From contig NC_090346.1 of NCBI RefSeq assembly GCF_035084215.1, positions 16,554,001-16,618,000 on the forward strand: a stretch of 64,000 nt of DNA, given 5' to 3'. Of the stretch, positions 35,597 through 47,400 are shown in pieces. The notes below the pieces were generated by a model that worked only from the letters and a program-made list of their open reading frames with translations, did not search any database and had not been told where the DNA came from. The position numbers and the translations under genes were made by a program. Position 1 is the stretch's first letter, and each line of letters opens with the position of its first letter. Source of the DNA: Heptranchias perlo (lineage: Eukaryota).

Positions 35597-36135
35597 ATCT
35601 GCTCCATCACCAAAACTGCCTACTTCCACCTCCGTAACGTCGCCCTTCTCCGCCCTCAGCTCATCTGCTGCTGAAACCCTCACCCATGCCTTTGTTACCT
35701 CCAGACCGGACTATTCCAATGGTCTCCTGCCCGGCCTCCCATCTCCCACCCTCCATAAACTTCAGCTCATACAAAACTCAGCTGCCCGTATCCTAACTCG
35801 CATCAAGTCCAGTTCTCCCATCACCCCTGTGCTCGCTGACCTACATTGACTCCCGGTCCGGGAACGCCTTGTTCCTTGTTTTCAAATCCCTGTATTGCCT
35901 CACCCCTCCTTATCTCTGTAATCTCCTCCAGCCCGACAACCCTCCGAAAATCTGGAATTCCCTCCCTAAACCTATCACTCTCTCTACCTCTCCTCCTCTA
36001 GGACTTGCCTCTTTAACCAATGTTTGGTCACCTGTCCTAATGTCTCCTAATGTGGCTCGGTGTCAAATTTTGTCTGATTACGCTTCTGTGACGTTTTACT
36101 ACGTTAAAGGCGCTATATAAATGCAAGTTGATGTT
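35597..36135 (+). mobile_element. L2 LINE 3' fragment
   Basis: catgcctttgttacctccagac...atcacccctgtgctcgctgacctacattg...ggcgctatataaatgcaagttg. Confidence 0.75.
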
Positions 36136-36283
36136 GGGTGAACAAAAAATAGAATGTAGGAGGAAAATGGAGCCAGAAACTCAGGAGTAGATTATGATGC
36201 ATTGTAACATAAACTGTATAAAGAACCTGTATAATCTTATGCAGGAAAAGAAAGTTTGTCAGGCATTGTCCATAAAGTCCCCT

Positions 36284-36378
36284 CCCCTTTAAATCAATTT
36301 ATTTCCCCACTCTGCTATTTCACTCCCCTTTAAATCAATTTATTTCCCCACTCTGCTATTTCACTCCCCTTTAAATCA
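36284..36378. repeat. 41-bp direct duplication, ~2.3 copies, immediately upstream of the USP31 promoter
   Basis: tcccctttaaatcaatttatttccccactctgctatttcac repeated. Confidence 0.9.
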
Positions 36379-36389
36379 CTTCAACCTAC

Positions 36390-37085
36390 TGCCGCAGGGT
36401 GGGGCGAGTGATTGACGTTACTTATACCCAATCAGAAGCGGGGCAGGGGTCGAAGGAGCCAATGGGAGTTGAGAGCGGCGGTTGCCATGGCGAAGGGGGA
36501 AGGACGCCGCCCCCTGGAGGGAGCGCGCCGGCCGCTCCCGCCCCCGAGCCCGAGCCATGGTGCGGGAGAGCGGCGGGCGAGCGGAGCGTTGTTAGGCGAA
36601 GGCCCAGCCGCTGGGAATAGCGGCCTTTTTCCAGCACATGCCAGGTCTCGGAGAGGGCGGGAAGGAAAAGAATAATGAGCCGGACACGGAGCGTCCGCCT
36701 GGCGGCCCGGACAGGGGTTGCCAGCCCACAGGCCGCAGGCTTCTGAGGCGATCGAGTTAAATCCCTGCCGCGCTGAGAGACCCGAGGATAGCAGAGTGAG
36801 AGAGAGAGGGGGAGGGAAAAAAAACAGGCGCAGCGACCCCGCCCGGCTGCAGGGGCGATGCGGATTCCCGGCCGAGTGAGGGAGTCGGGGAGCGGAGCCG
36901 AGCGGCGCCTCGTGGATCCGGCACCTCACTGAAAAAATACGGCCAGAAGCGGACAGCAGCGCCGGGGTCAGGCCGGGGTCAACCCGGGAGAGGGGCGTTC
37001 GCGCGCTGCTGACACCGGCAGCAAAGTCAAGTCCGCCCCGGGAGCAGAGCGCGCGGACCGGGACCTGCTGCAACCTCGCCACTAA
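36390..37085 (+). promoter_or_regulatory. CpG-rich promoter / 5' region of USP31
   Basis: dense CpG, GC boxes, CCAAT at ~36428 and ~36459, TGACGT half-CRE at ~36413, X-box-like GTTGCCATGGCGAA at 36481. Confidence 0.75.
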
Positions 37086-37479
37086 AAGTTTAACTTTGCC
37101 CCCCTCTCCTGTGTGTTCAGAGCATTGCTTTTAAACATCCCTTTTTTTTTTGCATATTGCATTGCGATTCATAACACTTTCCCATTGATTTTTTTTTGCA
37201 ACTTAAAGTCCCATTTTTTGTTTCGATTTTTTTTGCATTCTAAATTGCTACCTTGTTTTCTTAAATAAAAACAAAATTGCAAGTTACAAAACTTTCAAGT
37301 TGCAATTTGAAATGTTGCAATTTTTAAAGTTTGCAATAAATTAAAGCAGTTTGTTTTCCCCCTCAATTTTTTAATTTTGCAATTTGTAACTTATTTTTTG
37401 CATTTTATTTGGGGGTGGTATTGCATTATCCATAATATATTTTGCAAACATTTTTTTTGGGGGGGGGGAGGTGGGAAAG

Positions 37480-38187
37480 ATGTCTAAGTCGGCAGCTAAA
37501 GAGAAGAAGTCGTTCAGTAAGAAACTTTTCCGACGGGGCTCGGCGCGCTCGGTCGGGAGTTTCATGAGCCGGGTGCTGAAGACACTCTCCACCCTTTCGC
37601 ACTTCGGTACCGAGGAGGCGGCCGAGGACGAGAAGGACGACGGCGGCTTCAATAGCTTCCGAGCGGCCGGTGCCGGCGCGGCCATGGGGTTGGGGATCGG
37701 GCTGGGGGCCGGGGTCGGGGTGGTCTCCTCGGCCTCTTCCATCATCATGATGATGAGCGGCATTAACCCTGCGGCAGCCGCCGCCAGCCGGAGCGGAGCG
37801 TCCGGGCAGAGCGATTCCTCCGACAGCTGCTTCTCGCCGGCCTCCGGGGATCGTTGGCAGCCGCCCGGCGTGTCCGGCCTCAAGAACCACGGCAACACCT
37901 GCTTCATGAACGCCGTGCTGCAGTGCCTGAGCAACACCGAGCTCTTCGCCGAGTTCCTGGCTCTGGAGCAGTACCGGGACCGGGTGGCCTGCGGACTGGA
38001 GCCCCCCGACGGAGGAGAGGGCCGGGATCAGGAGGTGGAGCAGGACAAGACTTCCAAATCCAACGGGGTTTTATTCCGACCCAGGTCCCAGCCGGACAGA
38101 GGAGGAGAGGTCACCGAGCAGCTCGCTTCTTTGGTCCGAGCCCTTTGGACTTCAGAATACACCCCGCAGCTCAGCCGGGACTTCAAG
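37480..38187 (+). CDS. USP31: Ubiquitin-specific peptidase 31, first coding exon (partial gene)
   Basis: MSKSAAKEKKSFSKKLFR...SARSVGSFMSRVLKTLSTLSH, Cys box GLKNHGNTCFMNAVLQCLSNT, ...GEVTEQLASLVRALWTSEYTPQLSRDFK|gtagga; head-to-head with SCNN1G as in human. Confidence 0.95.
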
Positions 38188-41100
38188 GTAGGACTGTCAT
38201 TGCTGGAGAAGTCACACCCTCCACCCACGGGACAATCGCCCCCTCCCCTCCCCATCCCATCCATCCTCAGGACTAAAATAATTTCCTTGGGAATTGTGCA
38301 ATGATGCCATAAAGTTGCTGTCTTAATCACTTATTGGTACAAACCGTCACAGCTTAAAGATTACAGCATATTATTCTGGGCATCTTCCAGTCACTGCAGC
38401 CTGGCTAAAAATTCCTGGTTGGGTTTGGAGTAGCAGGTACTTCACAGAAGAACGGGCAGTCTGTGCCCAGGTCACACCTATAATCTGCTTGCTTTGTTGG
38501 TATGGTTAGCCAGTAAGTCTGAACATGCAGCACACTTAAACTCGACAGAGGATCCAGTTGTGGAGTGTAGTATGCTGTCGTAAAAATATTTTTGCCCTTG
38601 AGAGGGTAGGGAACTGAGTAACCAAGATGCTTCCACCCAAAGGAAATTTACTTTGAGGAAAGGTTAAAGGGAAAGTAAAATTACACCAACACAGGGTGGG
38701 TGGGGGCAATGTTTGGGCACTGCCTAACCCTGGGGTCAGCGTGCTTCCCTGCATCGGCAGCCTGTCTTAAAGATTCCAGCTCCTTTTGGTGGGCGTCTGC
38801 TCCACAAATCATCTAATGTGCAATTTCAGGGATGAAAGGGAGGAGGGGAATTTCATCTGATCTCCTGTCTCTCTTTCTTTGCTTGTTCTCTAGTGCTGCA
38901 AGCAGCTTGTTAAATAACCTGTTTGAAACACTGCACCACATAGATAATGTGGGCGTACAGAAACGATTCTCATCTGCCTTCTGGCCTCCAGTGAGATCAC
39001 TTTCAGTTCTGTCAGTATCTCCTTTCTGGGTGTTGCTGGCAAATGCTTTCTAATTAGGAAAATGATTTGCTGCCGTAACTACCCATTAACAGACCCAATC
39101 AGATTTATTACTGGCCTGATATGAAATTCACTAGAAATGTCTTTGTATCTCAACATCACCGCTGTTGTGTTCCTCTTACTGTAGAGTTGTTAGCCAAATG
39201 AAAGCTTCACCATTCTTGTATCGGCAATTAGCTGGCAGAGCAGCCCATTGCCATGCTTCTGATCTGTGGGATATTTGTTGGACCAGTGAATTCATGAAAT
39301 AAGAATTGCTTGTCCACTGCTTTGTTCAGTTGTATGAAATGCTATTTTAACATCTCTCGTGAGCTGCACAAATTTCGAGCACTTGTTAGAGAGCAGTATT
39401 GGGCTAGCTAGATAGCTCAGCTGGTGCACACTGAGTCGCTCAGCCACATAGACCAGGAAAGTTACAGATTTGATCCCTGGTAATAACTGAGTTATCTGAT
39501 CTCTGGTGATAGGAACGCTACATTTAGTCTCAGCTGACCTCGAGTTGGGAAAACATTGCTATGATTGTTCCTAATCACTGTCCAGTTACCCATGCTGGAA
39601 GTGTGCATGTCTGGGCATCAGGTGGGGACAGGATTGGGTTTGAGCGTAATGTCCCCTGTGGTCTAGTAGTCTGTCAGTGCTCACCACCTGCCCTCACGCA
39701 TGAAGAATGATGAGATACTGGAGAGTTCCCTTGATGCTGTATTCCAGCAAGGAGTTGGTTCCACCGAGGAGGGGAGGGCAGAATACGAGTGTAAAAGGAG
39801 GAAGAAGAAACTCTTCCCACCGCCCTTTCTGAGCAGCACTGGTCTCTCGGGTGTGTTTCCTTGATGCCCCAAAGCAAAGCTTGAGATTGAATGAGTGCCT
39901 TAAGTTTGCAGTCGGCTGTAATGTACATAGAGCTGCTCGTGAGAAGTACTTGGTATTGTGGCAGTGGTACAGTTGAGAAGCTTGACTGAGTTGAAATGGT
40001 AAAGTTTGTGATGTAGTGCCTGAACGTAAATGGCATCAGAGGACACTTGCTATACTATCAGCGGTGTTCCCCAATGGTAGATCACTGGTAATAGATTATT
40101 CAGTGCAAACCATGACTGGTTCTTTAGTCACCCATGGAACGATAGTACTGCTGGTACTAATGTCAAAAATATTAGCTAAAGATGTGTGGAAAGCAGGACT
40201 TGTTCTCTAAACTATAACATGATACTAAAGCATCTTTGGAGCATCAAGGCAATGTATTTTTCTCTCCGAAAGCTGCTTGCTCGTGTTGGGGTCTGGTTCC
40301 ACTGGTAGTGCCTGTCTCATGGTACCCCACCCAAGTGGCCATTTATCCTGTGTGAGCCTGGACTCTAAATATTGGTCGGCTGTTTGGTCCTGTTGTAGTC
40401 AAGCTCGATCCTGTCCTCACCTGCTTAAATATCAGTTAAGGCATTTTTAAAATACATATTTAAATGCCACAATATGTAAAATGAAAAGAATATTCACACA
40501 TTGAAAGGATTTATGATGCAAATCATACTCTAAACATTTTGAGTGTGTGCACCTTGAATCCCCTGAGTTTATACTTTGAAAGGTAGGCACTGGAATCTGC
40601 AGGTTGAATTTTGAGATTCTGGAAACTATTTGGATTTGCTCTATCAATGTTCTCCAAATCTTAACTGGAAAAAATAAAAATAGATTTTCAATTCTGTGCC
40701 CCTTTCAGAGCTAGCAGTGCAAGGGAGGCTGACAGCTGATTGCTTTGTACTGAGAAATAATGCTTTGACTGGTTAAATGCTTCTGCTAATGGCTTCTAGC
40801 TGAGGAACTCTGGGAGCCAGCCTCAGTTTCTGGCATTCACAGCTTTGGCTATTATAAAAATGTCTTAATTGTAAAGTTACAGGTGCTTTTTGACATTTTT
40901 TCCCTCCTAGAGTGATACCAAGCTGTCTGTATCGCCCTACCACCTTCACATGTATTAAATTTAAAACAAAACACTTCAAATAAAAATAATTCCTTGTGGA
41001 CCCCTGAGAAACATGGAGTTGGCGCAGTGTGTCGTGGGTGCTTGCACCATGATGCCATGACACGAGCTGTGTGGAACCGGCTCAGTACCTTGACTGGGTC

Positions 41101-43934
41101 ACTGTGGGAGTTCGGTCTACTGGCAGTAGTTTAAGAGACACAGTAAAAATGGGCTCTGTGCTGCTGTGTCTGGCTAAATGGCAGCGGGCAAGTTTACTTT
41201 TGTTAAATGCTGTCGACTGTGGGAGTGACTCTCGCATCTGAAGTCGACGACACTGCAATGTAAAAGCTCAGAGGCACGGAGAATATTTATTATACCAACA
41301 TCCTCTGCTGGCATCATATCCTGGTAAATGATGGATTTAAAGTGTAATTACAAGTTAATGATGTAATGGAGCAGTTCAGATGGCTTGACATCATGGACAT
41401 GACATAATTTCATTGGGTTTCTTTGTGATTACTAATTATTGGGCTTGCATTGTCAAATTCTTTTTATCCTGAATTATCTGCCGACAAATGCAGCGTGACT
41501 GTGATGACTTGTTGATTCTCGACCTCTATGCTGCTTCCTTGCATTCTATGACTTAAAGACTACCTGCAAAATTGACTCATAACTCTGTTCCTTGTACCTT
41601 TTACATTGTGTCATTCTTTGAGTTTTAAAGCTATGTTGCTAACTAACATAACTGGATTATATTCTTCAATTCATTTCACAGGGTTTGTTGAGACCTCTGT
41701 TTGATGTTCGTACGACATGGGGGGAGGGAGGCATTTTTTTTGAGGAATGGTATTTGATCTGGAATTTGCGCCTTGGGAAGTTTTACACCATTAAAGGTGT
41801 TATAATAAATGTAAGTTGTTGTGGAAATGTTTTTTTTTGAAAACTGCAAATGGCCTTTGGTGCTAACAAGTATTGCTCCTGACTCTTCAGATGTTTTGGG
41901 CTGAAATTGCAGATTTCTGTTTGGAGGCCTGATTGCTGTGTGGTTGTTTAATGCTGTAGAATCTGGCATTTAAAGGCAGCAGTGTGTTATGATATTGCAG
42001 TGTGATTTGAGTGGGTGTTTGGACTAGGAGGTATTATGAGGGTTGGCTCTAACATCCCTTAATTTCAGGATATGGTATAATTCTCTAATTCCATTGGCAT
42101 TATGTCTAGGAACTTCCATTAGTTTCTATTTTAGCTTCAGTTGCAGTAGTTAACTCATTAGTGGTGCAGACCAGAGCATATTAAGTGGCAGCTGTCTTTG
42201 AGTGTGTTGTAGCTTTGGGACACAATTGAGGGGAGGTGTTCTTTCAGCTTTTGCATGCTGGGGGACAGCAGTGAGCTGTTGTAACCTATAGTTTGATTTG
42301 TTCTAAAATGCTGTGCGTGAATGTAATATTTAAAATACATCTAGATTGTTGATTTTGTCCCTTGACTATACTCTTGCATTGTGATACTTGCCTGCTTTGG
42401 AGAGGAGAATGATGCAAGCAAGCATTGTGAATTTTCAGATGCAGTTTAGGAGCTATAATTTTCAAGCTGTGTTTATCCCCTAACGCACCCGAGACAAGTT
42501 AAACTATTTAATTGTCAATCACCACTGTTACTGCATTGAAAGCATATCATTGACTGAAACTTAAATCAGGCCCAGAAAGTGGTTTGCAAAAAACCTAGAA
42601 TATTTTGAACATTGCTGATGAACTATCATCGGTGGCATTGCCTGGGTAGCCTGGGGCACAGTTGTCATGTATGGCTGCTAATCTTTCCTTTAAGGCCACT
42701 GCCCAGATATAGGGTTATAGCAGTGTTTAGCCTTCCCTTTTGGTGATTACAGTTTCTGAATTCTGAGCACTTTTTTAGTGACAATATCTATCTTTCAGTG
42801 ACTGGGACACACACACTCTGGCTGGGTCACTCCGCCCCACCCCCTCACCCATCTAAGTTTCTGTTCCCTCCCTCATGTCGTGCAGCAATATGCTATGGTT
42901 TCTGGGTGGTACAGATTAGTAGCTGGACATGGAACTGTGTCCATCCATTCTGTGATACCACCTGCAGTAGCATTGGGGTGTTCCCCAGTTGTGAACATCA
43001 GCAAAGTTGTGATTTTTTTTTAGTACAGTATTGGGTCGAGCTTTTTTGTTTGGATAGTTTCTGCCTTGTTACCATTATTGTTTAGTCCTTACTGAGCAGT
43101 CCACTTGCCAACTGAGCCATTTACTAGACCCTGAATTTGGAGCTTGTGATAGGTTGTATGCATGGCTAGTAGTTATTGAGAGAAACTGCCCCTCACTTCA
43201 CCGCTGTGGTACATTAGTAGAAAAGATTGCTGATGTATTTGGTTTAACATCTCATCCGAAAGATGACGGCTCTGACAGTGCAGCACTCCGTCAGTACTGG
43301 CACAAGAGTGTAAGCTTACCTCCTTCTGACTGAAAGGCTAGCAGGCTATAAAGCAATTTAAGTGTTGTCTTGTGGTTACTTCATGTGTATGGATATAGAA
43401 CAAATGGTGATTGTGCCATAACTTTTGAGACTGCAGCAGACTGGAGTGCTAGCTGATGTTGATCAACTCCTTTCAAACCTTATCTGCAGTGAAGCAACCT
43501 GTAATCCATAAGGAATGTGGCTTTAATATTCTGAAATTGCCAACAGGGTGTGAATTTCCTGGGTGCTTCATTTTCCACAAAAAGCACAATGGAACATTAA
43601 AAAAAATCCTGAAACACTGTGGGCAGGTCAAAACCTATCATACAGGAACAAATGAGACTGTACAGGCTGAGACATGTGGCAGGTGATTGAAAGAGACTTG
43701 CATTTATACAGTGCCTGATCATGTGTCTCCAATGTCTGTGCTTCACATACAGTGGCATTCAGTATTGTTCTGTTTTGTGCACAGCAAGATCCCACGCATA
43801 ACATTGAGCTGACTGACTTGTTAACCAGTTTTTGCTTGTATCTATCTCCCTGTTTCCTGGCTGAAATTACTTTTCAACATTGTGCCACAGGCCTCCAGTA
43901 ACCACCTCAGCATGCTTTTGAGGGTCTACCCTCC

Positions 43935-44430
43935 TTAAACTTGAGCACATTCAAAACTCTGCTTCCCATACCATAACTTGCACCAAGTCCCATTCATCCA
44001 TCACCCCTGTGCTCACTGACCTGCATTGGCTTCCGGTCCATTAACGCCTCAAATTAAAATTCTCTTCCTCGTTTTCAAATCCTTCCATGGCCGTAACCTC
44101 CTCTAGCCCTACAATCTTCTGAGAACGCTGTGTTCCTCCAACTCTGGTCTCATACAACACTCGTTTCCTTCTCCCCACCGTTGGTGGCCATGCCTTCAGC
44201 TGTCTAGGCCCTAAGCTCTGGAATTCCCTCCTGAGACACCTCCACCTCTCTCCTCCTTTAAGATACTTCTTAAAACCTGTCTTTGTCCAAGCTTTTGGTT
44301 ACCTGTCCTAATTTATCTTTCTTTGGCTTGGTGTCAATTCTTATGTCTGATTACATTCCTGTGAAGCCTAAGAAATGTCCTGGGATACTTTACTACATTA
44401 AAGAAGCAATATAAATGCAAGTTGTTGTCT
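43935..44430 (+). mobile_element. L2 LINE 3' fragment
   Basis: same L2 terminal motifs as 35597-36135. Confidence 0.72.
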
Positions 44431-47400
44431 TGGTTTAACACTCATCCAAGTGTGGCAGTCCCAACAAGGCTTCACTATCTCAATGGAGTGTCAGCCTAGA
44501 CTAACAATTGAGTCCTGTTGTGGGGCATGAACCAATAACCTTCAGAACCAGAAGTGAATGTGTTGTCAACAGAGCCAAGACAGTGTGTGTGTGGCTGAAC
44601 TTCATACTCTTGAGCTGCTATTAGCTTGGGTTAGTAGCTGATGAGTCTGCGCATCTGACATGGAAATGGATGTGCCATTGCTGGTGGTCATTAAAAGTTT
44701 TGCTTTCTTTAAAAACAAAAGTATTATAAGTGACTGAAGTTCTTGTCCTAAGTAAGTTGAAGAGAAGTGTTGCACCTCCATTTTTCATTGCAGTTACATG
44801 TGTTGAACATTAATGAATGCCAACAACATTTATATATTGCGTTACTTACTTTCCCCTCCATCCTACAAGTTTTTAAAAAATCAAAACTTGGTGTTGTCTA
44901 GTCATCGCTCGAGTTACCTCATCTTCTCTGCTTGCTTATCTTGTGAAAGGAAAACTGGGGGTCTGCAGGGCTCCCTATCTTGCGTTGCCTGCAGAGGTTT
45001 CCAGAGCTCTGTGGAGGAGCCCATAATAATGAATTCTGTAAAATTGAAGCACCCAGTTGTTGTTCATATTGGACATAGTCTTAGGGGCAATCACTTTGAG
45101 TCGTAAGCATTGGTTATTATAAGCTAGGGAAGTATCCCATGCAATGCATCAAAAAATAGGCCATGATGACCATAATAATTGGTGCCAAGTGGAACCATCT
45201 ACTCTTGCCTTCCAGTTGAGGGTGGTGGTGTGCATGGGAGCCATGAGGGGTCATTTATGTGACCAATTAAGTGCACAGACTGTCTTCCTATCTCAGCGAA
45301 CAGCTTAGGCAAGACAATTACTCTAACCCATTCTGGAGGGTGAGGGTTGGGAAATTTGCGTGAATACATCCAGAGAGGATTATTGAGAAGGAGTTGAACT
45401 GGCTTTGGTGATCATCTATTGAGGAAGAAACTTGGAAGTTGTGATATTGTTTAATTGGGAGAAGTGTTTGACTGTGTGTGTATATAGTATATATGTGCTG
45501 CAGAAGTCATATACACAAAGATACAGTGATTTGTAACTTGATATTACTCTCAGGGCTTCCTGCTTTAATGTTGTTGATCTGTCAGTGAATTAGCAGGTCA
45601 AGCCAGACTGTGAGTGATAGGAAAGATTTATAGAGGATTTAAAGAGTGGTTGTAATCCCAGTGGGCAGAATGCCCTACTGTTGTCACATCTTGGTTTGAA
45701 GAAAGGTTAATTATACATTTCTATAGCAGTAGAATTGAAGGTACAAAAACCTCTGTTGAACTCTATTTCCTCCTCCCCAGAAAAGATGCTGCCTCAGGCT
45801 GGGGTGGGTGACTGTCTTTTAGCTGGCTGCTGTCGGTGGTGATTTGCCCATAGGAGGGGTTGCTTCTCCCTTGTCGGTGGGTTGGAGTCATTGAGATGTC
45901 TGCTCCCTCCAGCAGGGCACTAATATGAATTGCCACAGTCTCTCTCTAATTCCTTCAGTCCTGGGGAGGGAACGAAGTAAAAGCTAAACTTTTCAGAACA
46001 ATTTCCTCCTGTTCAATGGAGTGAGAACTCTCTGGTCTTGTTGAACTGCTCAGAGATGACGTTCCCATGGTTCTCACAAGGCCAGGATCATAATGTTCTG
46101 CCATATGTCTGATAATCTGTACTTATTTCGACACTCTTCAGTTGTTTTCCCAACTAGATTTCCATCCAGTTCTTTTTTAAAAAGTAACAGGTCAACATGA
46201 CATTAATTGTCTACTCTCCTTATCTCTGTTCTCGTTTGCCGGTTTTGTACACATGCCCTCTGGTTCTATTCATTTAATTAACTTGATTCCGTCTATTTCT
46301 TTTAGCATTTTAAAGGCCTGGATTACTTCCCCTTCAGCTGTGCTCCAAAGAGGTTATTTTTTCAGCCTAATTTTGAGTTTCTGAAACGTCTCAGTCACTT
46401 TTCTGATTTTGAAAGGCCAAGTGCCCAAAATTCCATTCACTATTCTAAAGTGTGTCTCCTATCTTTAACTGGGGCTTGGGAAACTCTGCATGCAGGACTT
46501 GTTGCAGTTTTTTGGAGGGGAGGAGATTAGGGCAAGTCATTGTGATGTGACATTCTGTGACAGTTCATGCGAACTGATGCACTTCCTGCATGTAGGGCAA
46601 TTTGCTGCCTAAGTATTGCAATTTTGCATGAAATGTCCTAGAGGCAGTGAAAGTGCTAGTTTCTGAGCAGGCCATAACCAGTCACTGATTAAGTATTTGG
46701 TCTGATTGCGTTTTTCTTCCTAAAGTGGAACAGTTTGCTGATTGGTGATCCAGCTCTGCAGGATCTGAGAGTTGTCCCGTTGGCTTTATCACCTTGCTAA
46801 GTCCCTTTTTGAAGGCGTTGAGGTCCAGTTGGTTCCTGTCCCTGTTGAGGCAGAAGATCCTGCTGTATTTGGGACTGCTTGTGTTGGTATGACTGTCAGG
46901 TGCAGCATACTGTGGGTCAGAACAGACTCTGCTGGTGCTTTTTCTCCCTGTAAGGTCGTTACGCCGATATTGAACCATTTTAAGGGACGGGGTTCCAGAG
47001 TTTGAAAGAGGCGGTCGCTAATGGCGAAGAGACAGGGAATGACTAGAGTAGACTGGTGTTAGAGGAGCGAAGGGCACAAGCAGGGCCATAAGGGTTAAGA
47101 TAAGATATTTAACACAGCAATTGAAAATGTTAATGTGCTTATTCACACCTTAACTCAGCCCTTACAAATTATGATTAATGAATGGTGATTTTTCATTACC
47201 TTTTTTTCCAGATCTTCTACGAACTCTTATTATGTGAAATTCCTTCCCTGGATGGTAGGTTTACAAACAAGGCCATCAGGTTGTTGGCTGTCTGGAGCCA
47301 GACATACCATATGGTGCGAGTCTCATATTCTGTGTTCTATACTTCTGTATTTGTTAGTTACGAGTACGTTATTTCTGCTGCTATACGCTAACATAAAACA

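Noticed and set aside
36432-37937. Long antisense ORFs over the USP31 5' region
   Set aside because: Explained by stop-codon scarcity in GC-rich sequence and the shadow of the real CDS
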